Source: an uncultured Coriobacteriales bacterium (GTDB lineage: Bacteria > Actinomycetota > Coriobacteriia > Coriobacteriales > Eggerthellaceae). Taken from it: a DNA stretch of 64,000 nt. The stretch covers positions 1,257-65,256 of the forward strand of contig CAMPNZ010000001.1 of NCBI GenBank assembly GCA_946892075.1, read 5' to 3'. Positions 28,592 to 38,086 of this stretch are shown one piece after another; the first letter of the stretch is position 1; each line of letters begins with the position of its first letter. Below the pieces are notes generated by a model that made no database searches, was not told where the DNA came from, and worked only from the letters and a program-made list of their open reading frames with translations. Position numbers and translations under genes: made by a program.

Positions 28592-28816
28592 ATGGTTGAT
28601 TACGAGCAAGCGCTATCTATTGCAAAAGACCTTTTAGGGAAAGTCGATACATATTGCGAGTATAAAGACTATTATGTGTTTTCCTATCACACTCCCGTAG
28701 AACAGATATCAGACGCGAATGTTGTTGCTATAGAGAAAAAAACTGGGGAAGCCTATAGCTTTATTGGAGTAATTACAAAGCTTGGGAAAATACTTCGCCA
28801 AGGCAAAGTAAAATAA
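28592..28816 (+). CDS. small hypothetical protein (74 aa), paralog of the previous gene; immunity-protein-like
   Basis: perfect AGGAGG SD 6 nt before the ATG; low GC. Confidence 0.55.
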   Translation: MVDYEQALSIAKDLLGKVDTYCEYKDYYVFSYHTPVEQISDANVVAIEKKTGEAYSFIGVITKLGKILRQGKVK

Positions 28817-29090
28817 GCAACCGTTTCTAGATGTTGACACCACCCGAGTCGTCTGCACCCGAAGCCGCTATGGCAAGTAAAAATCAACAAGTCTTGAAAA
28901 GCCTGAGAACATAAATACAGACGCATGTCTTCACTATGCACCACCACGTACATTTCTTAGAACTCTATACCCGTTCCCCGTAACCACAAAATGCCAAATC
29001 GGCACCAATTCCGCGGTCGTGACCGTATTCCGCAGTTCAATATGGCACAATATAGCGCATAGAACCAAAAACCAGGGAGGGGGTTTGACA

Positions 29091-30929
29091 TTGGCTCAGC
29101 TTTCTATTGCGCCACAATCGCCTGATGATGCGCAGATTGCGCAATTTTTAGAAGACTTCGAGCGCCGCGTTCAAACAACTCCTCCAGGTATGTGCCCTGT
29201 TCAGCTGCAACTTAACCAGGTGCAAGCCGGTGCCGCGCAAACGTGCGGCAAATGTATTCCGTGTCGCGATGGATTGCCCCAGCTAGCAGCCTTGTTGCAC
29301 GATATTGTTGCGTGCACGGCTAGCCCCGAAACGCTTGATCAGGCGCGCGAACTGGCGCAGCTTATCAGCGAAACGTCCGATTGCGCTATTGGGTATCACA
29401 CAGCCGATGTGTTTCTGCAAAGCCTTCAAGCGCACGAAGCGGAGTTCAGTGCGCACGTTCAACAGCACGCTTGCCAGCCTACTATCGAGCAGAAAGTTCC
29501 GTGTGAGGCACTTTGTCCTGCTCATGTTGATGTTCCAGCATATATTGCGCTGGTGGCGCAGGGCGATAACGCCGCTGCGGTAAACATGGTTCGCAAAGAC
29601 AATCCGTTCCCGACAGCATGTGCGCTGGTCTGCGAGCATCCGTGCGAAATTCGCTGCAGAAGGCGGCTGATTGATGCGCCTCTTAATATCCGTGGCATAA
29701 AAAAGTACGCGTGCGATAATGCCCGCTGCGATACGGTGCCTACCCCCGTGCGCAATGTTGAAACGGGGCGAAAAATTGCCGTCATTGGTGGAGGTCCTAG
29801 TGGGATGACCTGCGCTTATTTTGCTTCGTTGATGGGGCATCGCGTAAGCGTGTTCGAAGCGCGCAAATCGCTGGGCGGCATGATGCGCTACGGCATTCCG
29901 GCATATCGCTTTCCGCGGGAACGTCTTGACGAGGATATTCGCGGAATCTTGAAGGTTGGCGGTATTGACGTTCACTATGAAACGCCTGTTGATACGCAAC
30001 TTTTGCATGAATTGGCGCGCGATTATGACGCGTTGTACGTTGCCATTGGCGCGCAAGCAGGAAAAACGCTTGATTTGCCTGGTGCGGATGCGCAGGGTGT
30101 ATTCTCGGCGGTGCAGGTGCTGGAACGCATTGGCGATGGAGATTATCCAAACTACCAGGGTAAACGTGTTGTTGTTATCGGTGGCGGTAATGTTGCGATG
30201 GACTGCGCGCGTACGGCGCTTCGTGCGAACGCGTCCGCGGTAACCGTGGTGTATCGTCGCAGGCGAGAAGACATGACCGCACTTCCTGAAGAAATTGACG
30301 CTGCTGCAGCGGAAGGTGTTGAGCTGTTGATGCTGGCGGCGCCTGTTGAAATTTCCGTTGATGAGCAGGGCGCATGCAAGGCGCTTATTGCGCAACCGCA
30401 GATGATTGGCCCTGTGAAGCGCGGCCGTCCGGCGCCCGTTACTGCGCTGCGTCCGCCGCTTACCATTCCAGCTGACGTTATTTTAATTGCTGTTGGGCAA
30501 GATATTGTAAGCGCGCCGTTTGAAGCGTTCGGCATGGCTGCAACGCGCGGTCGTTTTGCGGCAGACGAACATCTTTTGGCGCCAGGGCTTCGTAATGTGT
30601 TTGTGGGCGGCGACTGTCAAACGGGGCCTGCAACCATTATTCGCGCTATTGGTGCAGGTAAAGTGGCTGCTCGCAACATCGATCATGCGCTTGGGTACAG
30701 TCACACGCTGCCGTGCGACATTGTGGTGCCAACGCCCGCGCGCAACAATCGTACGGCAACGGGGCGCGTGAATGTGCCCGAGCGTTTGGTGCGCGACCGC
30801 AAGCACGATTTTCTTGAAGTTGAGCTTGAGAACACGCAGCAGGAAATTTTGCAGGAATGTTCGCGCTGTTTGCGCTGCGATTATTTTGGTTGTGGAACGC
30901 AAAAAGGGGGGAGGATTCGCTATGAATAA
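29091..30929 (+). CDS. fdhB: formate dehydrogenase beta-like subunit: NuoF-type 4Fe-4S/soluble-ligand domain fused to GltD-like NAD(P)H-dependent flavoprotein
   Basis: Cys clusters (CGKCIPCRDG; CEALCPAHVDVPAYI...CEHPCEIRC) then FAD/NAD(P) dinucleotide-binding motifs (IAVIGGGPSGMTCAY; VVVIGGGNVAMDCA); start ambiguous between GTG 29019 and TTG 29091 (AGGGAGG SD). Confidence 0.7.
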   Translation: MAQLSIAPQSPDDAQIAQFLEDFERRVQTTPPGMCPVQLQLNQVQAGAAQTCGKCIPCRDGLPQLAALLHDIVACTASPETLDQARELAQLISETSDCAIGYHTADVFLQSLQAHEAEFSAHVQQHACQPTIEQKVPCEALCPAHVDVPAYIALVAQGDNAAAVNMVRKDNPFPTACALVCEHPCEIRCRRRLIDAPLNIRGIKKYACDNARCDTVPTPVRNVETGRKIAVIGGGPSGMTCAYFASLMGHRVSVFEARKSLGGMMRYGIPAYRFPRERLDEDIRGILKVGGIDVHYETPVDTQLLHELARDYDALYVAIGAQAGKTLDLPGADAQGVFSAVQVLERIGDGDYPNYQGKRVVVIGGGNVAMDCARTALRANASAVTVVYRRRREDMTALPEEIDAAAAEGVELLMLAAPVEISVDEQGACKALIAQPQMIGPVKRGRPAPVTALRPPLTIPADVILIAVGQDIVSAPFEAFGMAATRGRFAADEHLLAPGLRNVFVGGDCQTGPATIIRAIGAGKVAARNIDHALGYSHTLPCDIVVPTPARNNRTATGRVNVPERLVRDRKHDFLEVELENTQQEILQECSRCLRCDYFGCGTQKGGRIRYE

Positions 30930-33900
30930 CACGTCCTCAAAGGCGAACGAGTTGCGTGCACGCATCTCGAGTGCGCTGTGCGATGGCGCTGGCGCTGGCG
31001 TTGATGCGTCTGGTGCGGATGGCATTTCCGCAGTTCAGGCGCAATGTGTGCGCGTAACAATTGACGGGCACGTGCTGGACGTTCCCTCTACAAGCACCAT
31101 TGTAGACGCCGCTGAACGCGCGGGAATTTCTATCCCCACCTTGTGTTATTTGAAGAAGTTGAATGCGATAGGCTCGTGTCGCATTTGTAGTGTTGAAGTT
31201 GCGTTTGTGCGCGACGATACTTCCACGAATGCGCAGCGTGAAGGCGCGCTCGCATCTGTTCCCCAGCCCGACGAGCTGTTTGCGCACGCGCAGCTTATGC
31301 CAGCGTGCAACACCAAAGTGCAAAACGGGATGCATATCCGCACGCAATCGGCGCGTTTACAGAGGTATCGCCAGCAGCTGTTGCGCTTGCTGTTGTGCAC
31401 GTATCGTCCGAACCCGCAGCGTTTTGCCCACGATTTTGTGCCGAATGAGTTTGAGCAACTGTGCATGCGCGAAGGCATCGACATTTCGTATTTGCTTCCT
31501 GAGCAGGCGGAACGTGGCGGCGCCAGTGCCAGCGGCCAGCCCGAACTTACCACCGAGCAGGCACAAAGCGCTCACGTGCTAAGAGGCCAGCCCGAACTTA
31601 CCACCAAGCAGGCTAAACCCGCCTCTGAACAGGAAGAACCCGCGAAACCGTTCCACGAACCCGCTTGCGTTCTTCCCTTTGAGCAGGACACACATCCCCA
31701 CGTGCACCACCAAGCTTCCGCAAAACGTCAGCCGTGCATTGACACATCACCGTTTCTGTCGTTCGACCCCAACATTTGTATTCGCTGTCAGCGCTGCGTT
31801 GCCGCATGTAACGAAGGCGCGGGCAATCACATTTTAGGAACGCAGCATCACGGCACACGCACGTCAATTTTGGCGCCGTTCGGAAGCGATTGGAACACAA
31901 ATACCTGCGAGAGCTGCGGTTGCTGTTCCGCGGCGTGCCCCACGGGCGCCATTTCTGAAAAAGCAACGCTGTCGTACGCGCACACAGAGCTCAAAAAAGT
32001 GCGTACTACCTGCCCACATTGTGGCGTTGGCTGCCAGTTCAATTTGATTGTGAAAAATGGTCGCATCGTCGATACCGAAGTGGTGTCAGGGCCTTCCAAC
32101 CAGGGCTTTTTATGCATTAAGGGCCGCTCGGCGTCGTTTAATTTTGTGCATTCTGCCGATCGTCTTTCGACGCCACTCATCAAAGACAAGGCCACCAACA
32201 CGTTTCGCAGTGCCACGTGGGATGAAGCTTTAAATTATGTAGCGGCGCGCCTTGGCAGTATTCGCGATGAGTACGGCGGCGATGCGATTGCGTCTTTTGC
32301 CTGTTCACGTTCCACAAACGAAGACGTGTATATGATGCAGAAAATGACGCGAACGGTGTTTCACACGAACAATGTCGACAGTTGCGCGCGCGTTTGACAC
32401 GCACCAACCGTTGCCGGTCTGGCAGCTACTCTTGGGTCGGGCGCAATGACAAATTCCATTCCCGATGTAACTGAACAAGCAGACGTCATTATGATGGTGG
32501 GAACGAATGCCGAGGAAGCGCACCCTGTACTGGGCATGCACATCCGCCGCGCCGTTGAGCGCGGTGCGCGTCTGATTGTTGTTGATCCGCGTACCATTCG
32601 CTTATCCGCGCGCGCCGACATTCATTTGAAGCTGCGACCTGGGACAAACGTTGCACTGTTCAATGGAATGACGAACATTCTTATTCAGCATAATTTGATT
32701 GACGAAGAATTTATTGCCCAGCGCACCGAAAATTTTGACGAACTGAAGCGTGTAGTTGCTGCGTATACGCCTGAACGCGTTGCCAAAATTTGTGGCATTG
32801 ACCAGCGCATGCTTGTTGAAGCTGCGCTGATGTATGGACGCGCGAACACCGCTGCCATTTTGTATTGCTTGGGCGTCACCGAGCACACTACGGGAACCGC
32901 TGGCGTGCTTTCGCTGTCGAATTTGGCCATGGCAGCAGGCAAAATTGGGCGTCCCGGCTGCGGCGTGAACCCCCTGCGCGGGCAAAATAACGTGCAGGGC
33001 GCATGCGATATGGGCGCCAACCCCGACAACTTCCCCGGCTATCAAAAGTTTACAACGCTGGGCGTGTTCGAGAAGTTCGAGAATGCGTGGGGCATGTCGC
33101 TGAATCGTACGGTGGGCCATTACGCAACCGACCAGTTCAACCGCGCACTTGATGGTTCGCTGAAGGCGATGTACATCATGGGAGAAGACCCAATGCGCAC
33201 CGACCCCGACATTGCGCACGTGATGAAAGCCCTGAAAGCGCTTGATTTTTTGGTTGTGCAAGAGCTGTTCATGACAGAAACGGCGAAGATGGCCGACGTG
33301 GTGCTGCCGGGCTGCAGTTACGCCGAAAAAGAGGGCACGTTTACGAACACCGAGCGCCGCATTCAGCGCGTGCGAGCTGCGGTTCCTGTGCATGAAGGCG
33401 CGCGGCTTGACACTGACATTTTCATTGACGTGATGAACCGCATGGGGTATCCGCAGCCGCATCTAACGGCAGCGGAAATTATGGATGAAGTGGCGCGCCT
33501 TGACCCTGCGTATGGGGGAGTTTCGCATGCGCGTCTTGACAGTTCTGAGTGTTATAACGATGGATTACAGTGGCCTGTTCCTACGGAAACTTCACCCTCA
33601 ACAGCAATTTTGCACGTTGGCGCCTTTACGCGTGGGCGTGGTTTGTTTAAGCCCGAGGAATATCGCGCACCTGCTGAAACGGCCGATGCGCGCTATCCGA
33701 TTATTATGATGACAGGGCGCGTGTTGCACCAATACAATGCGTGTGCGATGACGGCGCGCACGAAAGGCATCAATGAGCTGGGCGATTCGTCGTTTATCGA
33801 AATCAATACCAGCGATGCCAGCCAGTTGGGCATTGAAGATGGCGACCGTGTGCGCGTGTGTTCGCGACGTGGCTGCATTACGTCAAGCGCGCGTGTGTCC

Positions 33901-34086
33901 GACAAAACAACGCCCGGACATGCGTGGATGCCGTTTCACTATGAAGATGGCAACAGTAACTGGATTACGAACGGCGCTTTGGACGATCATGCGCGTGTGC
34001 CGGAATACAAGGTGTGCGCCATCAATGTTTCGCGCGTGCAGCGTTCGACGGCGCATGCTGGTGCTGGCGCTGGTGCGGGGTCGTAA
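30922..34086 (+). CDS. fdhA: selenocysteine-containing formate dehydrogenase alpha subunit (molybdopterin oxidoreductase); TGA at 32395-32397 read as Sec
   Basis: GGGGGAGG SD; N-terminal 2Fe-2S and 4Fe-4S ferredoxin motifs, MopB CPHCGVGCQF, then ...NNVDSCARV-TGA-HAPTVAGLAATLGSGAMTNS, which matches the FdhF Sec-site consensus (CARVUHGPSVAGL); both ORF-track pieces are in frame 1. Confidence 0.85.
32404..32435 (+). promoter_or_regulatory. SECIS-like hairpin starting 7 nt (outer stem) to 13 nt (6-bp inner stem) after the UGA
   Basis: GUUGCC-GGUCU-GGCAGC 6-bp stem with apical loop GGUCU, enclosed by CCAA/UUGG; position and loop resemble the E. coli fdhF SECIS. Confidence 0.6.
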
Positions 34087-34151
34087 GCTGGCTCGATTCG
34101 TTTCCGTTCCCGTTCCATCCGTTCCCGCGCAATAAAAATTTTTCCCTCAAC

Positions 34152-34283
34152 ACTTTGAAGAAATGTCGATTTTCGGCAAAAATAACTTTGAAGAAATGTA
34201 GGTTTTTGCCAAATTCTACTTTGAAGAAATGTCGATTTTCGTATAAAATAACTTTGAAGAAATGTAGGTTTTTACTGAGTACT
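34152..34283. repeat. two tandem 66-bp units, each containing two ACTTTGAAGAAATGT(C/A)G(A/G)TTTT sub-repeats, directly upstream of the second DUF4143 ATPase gene
   Basis: direct reading. Confidence 0.75.
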
Positions 34284-34366
34284 AACTCTATAGTGCCTGG
34301 ATAAACGTATATTATACAATTGTTTTTCAAGGGATCTATTTTGCGTTAACTAAGAGGTGTATTGAC

Positions 34367-35707
34367 ATGTATATGCGCAGAAAAGCATACGATCAACTGC
34401 TTCACTGGAAACAGCACTTTGCAGATCAGTACGCCATAATGCTTGAAGGCGCACGTCGCGTTGGTAAATCAACCATCGCACGGGAATTTGCGCGCCGTAA
34501 CTATAAGTCGTATATTTTGATAGATTTTTCCTGCGCATCGCCTGATATTCGCGAATGCTTTAACGATGTATCAAACATGGATAGGTTTTTTCTGAATTTA
34601 CAAGCAGCAACGAATACCACGCTCCATAAAGGTAACTCCGTCATTATCTTTGATGAAGTGCAGTTATTTCCACAAGCACGACAAGCCATTAAGCATTTGG
34701 TGAAAGACGGGCGCTACCACTATATTGAAACGGGTTCTTTAATTTCAATCAAGAAAAACGTGAAAGACATCCTTATTCCATCAGAGGAAATGAAACTGCG
34801 CGTGCATCCTATGGATTATGAGGAATTTTTGTGGGCAACACAGCAAAATTACGACGTAATTAAGCAGCTGTATACTCAAAAGAAAGCTGTTGGAGGTGCA
34901 CTCACGCAAAAACTCATGCGTGATTTGCGAGTTTATATAGCGGTTGGCGGCATGCCTCAAGCAGTACAAGCGTATGTTCAAGGTAGTAATTTTGCAAAGA
35001 TCGACCAGGTAAAACGTCAAATTATTAAGCTTTACGAAGAAGATTTCAAAAAAATTGATATGTCTGGAAAATTATCGGCACTGTATCATGCGATTCCTGC
35101 GCAACTGGCAAAAAATACTCGCAAGTATTCCATTGCGTCTGCCATCAAAAAAAGAAAAAGCGCGCGCGATGATGAGTTGCTCTACGATCTTATTGACTCA
35201 TGTTGCGTTGTGCCTTGTTATAATTCCTGCGATCCGCGTGTGTCGCTGTCTCAAACCAAAGACCTTGCTACGTATAAGTTGTATCTTGCTGATACCGGGC
35301 TTTTTGTAACGCTGCTTTTTTGTGATAGGCCAGTTGCCGATAATGTTCTGTATACGAAGCTACTTTCCGATAAACTACCTGCTAATTTAGGGTATTTGTA
35401 CGAGAATCTTGTTGCACAAATGATAACTGCAAGCAATCGCGAACTGTTTTATCACACGTGGAATAAGCCAGGTAGCACGCACTATTACGAAATTGATTTC
35501 TTACTTTCTTGCGGTGCAAAGCTTGATGCTCTTGAAGTTAAATCGTCGGGGCTTGGTAAGCATGAATCTCTCACTCTGTTTCAAACAAAATACAGCCAGG
35601 TAATACATAGGGCGTACCTTCTTTCGCAGAAAGATTTTGCGTGTGTCAATACCGTTCACATGGTGCCACTGTATGCAGCACCAGCGCTCATAGGTTCGGA
35701 AACGTAA
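34367..35707 (+). CDS. AAA+ ATPase of the AAA_14 + DUF4143 family (second, divergent paralog), low-GC
   Basis: AAGAGGTG SD; Walker A GARRVGKSTIA, Walker B VIIFDEVQLF; 446 aa; GC about 43%. Confidence 0.75.
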   Translation: MYMRRKAYDQLLHWKQHFADQYAIMLEGARRVGKSTIAREFARRNYKSYILIDFSCASPDIRECFNDVSNMDRFFLNLQAATNTTLHKGNSVIIFDEVQLFPQARQAIKHLVKDGRYHYIETGSLISIKKNVKDILIPSEEMKLRVHPMDYEEFLWATQQNYDVIKQLYTQKKAVGGALTQKLMRDLRVYIAVGGMPQAVQAYVQGSNFAKIDQVKRQIIKLYEEDFKKIDMSGKLSALYHAIPAQLAKNTRKYSIASAIKKRKSARDDELLYDLIDSCCVVPCYNSCDPRVSLSQTKDLATYKLYLADTGLFVTLLFCDRPVADNVLYTKLLSDKLPANLGYLYENLVAQMITASNRELFYHTWNKPGSTHYYEIDFLLSCGAKLDALEVKSSGLGKHESLTLFQTKYSQVIHRAYLLSQKDFACVNTVHMVPLYAAPALIGSET

Positions 35708-35868
35708 AGTATGTTCCATTGATGTATTGCGTATTTCTCGCGCATGAGCGTCGGAATTTATGTTACAAAACGTTAAACGCTGTATGTAAGCTGTACTGAC
35801 CGCCGCTACTAACAAGAACGAAGTGACCTAAAACGCCAGATGAAACACAACATATCGACCGCGGTTGC

Positions 35869-36759
35869 ATGAGTAAGCAAGGTCTTATTGCCGGGTTTGC
35901 GTGCTACTTTGTATGGGGCATTCTGTCGATTTACTGGAAAAGCCTCGACGAAGTGAACTCCTACGAAATCATCGCGCACCGCATTTTGTGGTGCTGCGTG
36001 GTTACGTTCGTGGTGTGCAAGCTGCTTCACATTGATGTTTTAAGTCTTTTCAAGCAGAAACGCGCGTGGTGCATTTTAGTGCCAGCAGGCTTTCTTTGCG
36101 CGCTGAACTGGGGTTTGTATATTGCGGCCGTCAACGCTAACCACATCATCGAGTGCTCGATGGGCTCGTACCTCAATCCGTTGGTTAATATGCTGTTTGG
36201 CGTGCTGTTTTTCCGAGAACGGTTGAGCGTGGTGGAGATCATCGCCATCGCGCTGTGTGGCATTGGTATTTTATATTTCACGGTTGATTACGGCTCATTT
36301 CCGCTGATTGCCATTGTGCTGGCGGTGACGTTTGGCCTGTACGGCGCGCTCAAGAAAAAAGGAGCGTATCCGCCGGTAAGCGCCATTGCGTTTGAGTCGT
36401 TTTCGGTTACGCCAATTGCCCTGTTCATTCTTGTGTTCATGGCCCAGCAGGGAACATTGACGTTTTTGTCGAGCTTTTCTACTCCGCACGACATACTGGT
36501 GAACGTTATGCTGCTTGGAGCGGGCGCTGTTACGGCGTTCCCGCTGATTTTGTTTGCGCGTGCAGCAAATTCTATTCCACTTACCACCTTGGGTTTCTTG
36601 CAATACATAAGCCCTACCATTCAGCTAGGTATTGGCGTGTTTTTGTTTGGGGAACAATTTAGCACCGCGCACGCGGTGTGCATGACCTGCATTTGGATTG
36701 GTTTGCTGCTTGTTGCGCTTCACTCGCTGCGCAGAAGTAGAACGCGTTCGGTGGTGTAG
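35869..36759 (+). CDS. rarD: EamA/RarD-family transporter
   Basis: MSKQGLIAGFACYFVWGILSIYWKSL... 10-TM EamA pattern typical of RarD. Confidence 0.75.
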   Translation: MSKQGLIAGFACYFVWGILSIYWKSLDEVNSYEIIAHRILWCCVVTFVVCKLLHIDVLSLFKQKRAWCILVPAGFLCALNWGLYIAAVNANHIIECSMGSYLNPLVNMLFGVLFFRERLSVVEIIAIALCGIGILYFTVDYGSFPLIAIVLAVTFGLYGALKKKGAYPPVSAIAFESFSVTPIALFILVFMAQQGTLTFLSSFSTPHDILVNVMLLGAGAVTAFPLILFARAANSIPLTTLGFLQYISPTIQLGIGVFLFGEQFSTAHAVCMTCIWIGLLLVALHSLRRSRTRSVV

Positions 36760-36777
36760 CTGGCGTTTGTTGAACGT

Positions 36778-36817
36778 GGGAACGTGACTGCGCGGGAACG
36801 TGGCGCGTGGGAACGTG
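36778..36817. repeat. three tandem 15-16-bp units sharing the core GGGAACGTG, in the convergent spacer between rarD and the PAP2 gene; further gtttccg-rich direct repeats lie at 36900-37070
   Basis: direct reading. Confidence 0.6.
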
Positions 36818-37098
36818 CCGCATGGCGTGATGGGCGTACGTGCGTGCTGGTAGTTTTGATGCGTTTCCGCTGGTGATAAGCAAGTTGCTGGTGTATTGGT
36901 GGCATTCCCGTGATGGGCGCCTGTGTTTCTGTTCCCGTTTCCGCACCCGTTTCCGTTTTTACTGGCATCCGTTTCCGTGACGCTCGCTTGCGTTCCCGTT
37001 ACCGTTCCTGGTCCCGCAGCGCTTCTGCACTCGCTTTCGTTTCCGTGGCGCTCGCTTGCGTTCCTGTTTCCGCTGATCACACGCACGGCTCGATGCCG

Positions 37099-37767
37099 TT
37101 AGAAAAGTGTGAGCCACAGCGCGCACAGAACAGCCTCCAGGCCAAGCGCCAGCGCAAATCCAGCAATCACATCTTGTATCATGTGCACAATTCCAAGCAC
37201 GCGAACCGCGCAAATTACCAGGGCAATTACGCTTTCTACCAGCGCAAACACCAGCATAATATGGGTGTGTTGCGCATTCGTGAACAACGCTATGCACACG
37301 CTGATGCCCGCAATCGACCACGCACTGAACGCGTGCTTTCCAGGAAACGATTTCCCGCGCTTTATGCGCGCATGGGTGAAGTTGGTGGTAGCGCCGCCAG
37401 AAAGCAGCGGCGTTACGTCGAGTGTTTCTGCAGGTCGGGGAGCATTTATGACAGCACGCACTGCCGTTCCAACACAAAAACTGATTGCCGGAATAATGAT
37501 ATAGGCCGCCAACAATGCCGGTTGTTCGTACAAAACAAGCCCTCCACCTGCGTAAAGGAGCGCTTGCGCGGCAGTGATACCCTTATCGAATATGCGCAGG
37601 GCACGCTGCTTGGCATGCGTGTTGAAAACGGAGCGTGCAAAGCGAAAAATTGTGCAATTTACATGGGGAAATGCTCGCCCACGCGCCGCCCCATGCGCGC
37701 AGTTCGCACCTTTTTCGTGGAGCGCATCGTGTTCGTGGAGCGCATCGTGTTCGTGTTGTTCATTCAT
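37099..37767 (-). CDS. PAP2-family phosphatase (undecaprenyl-diphosphatase/PgpB-like)
   Basis: PAP2 motifs NAPRP, SFPGKH (SFPSGH-like) and RVLGIVHMIQDVIAG (SRxxxGxHxxxDV); AGGAAA SD; N-terminus contains the HEHDALHEHDALHE repeat. Confidence 0.6.
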   Translation of the reverse strand: MNEQHEHDALHEHDALHEKGANCAHGAARGRAFPHVNCTIFRFARSVFNTHAKQRALRIFDKGITAAQALLYAGGGLVLYEQPALLAAYIIIPAISFCVGTAVRAVINAPRPAETLDVTPLLSGGATTNFTHARIKRGKSFPGKHAFSAWSIAGISVCIALFTNAQHTHIMLVFALVESVIALVICAVRVLGIVHMIQDVIAGFALALGLEAVLCALWLTLF

Positions 37768-38086
37768 GATGAGTTTCCTAAAATTGCTCCGTGCCGCTTG
37801 CTTGTGTTCCCGATGAAAACGCTGTATACCAGCGCCTACGTGCATCATCGCATTCGCACCCGACCTCACGCAGCTCGCTTGCGTTCCCCATCTGGCGGCA
37901 CGATCGCACGCGTAACCGTCGCCAAGCCTGCATCGCTCCCACGCGTTTCCGACGCGCGTTCGACCCCGTGCCGCTTGCTTGTGTTCCCCTTGCGCAATTT
38001 TTTTGACGCGCAAAATATTTCGCCCATTGTGCGCTGTTAAGAGTACAATAATGCGTAATTATACAAGCTCAACCAAAGGAACTGTC

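Noticed and set aside
29283-30395. 370-aa minus-strand ORF inside fdhB, plus similar long antisense ORFs (e.g. 32602..33462, 18113..19084, 36910..38040, 3321..3995)
   Set aside because: These are shadow ORFs typical of GC-rich coding DNA. They lie antisense to genes with strong homology signatures, lack SDs, and have Arg/Ala/His-rich low-complexity translations.
32395-32397. TGA in fdhA as a pseudogenising nonsense mutation
   Set aside because: The flanking sequence matches the conserved Sec site of formate dehydrogenases, the downstream frame stays open for 546 codons, and a SECIS-like hairpin follows. Recoding as selenocysteine is the better explanation.
34141-34290. Possible CRISPR array (regular AT-rich repeats)
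   Set aside because: There are only four repeat instances in two 66-bp units with non-unique 'spacers' that are themselves repeated (A-x-B-x pattern). No cas genes are present, and the units lie directly in a promoter-proximal position. It is better described as a tandem repeat.
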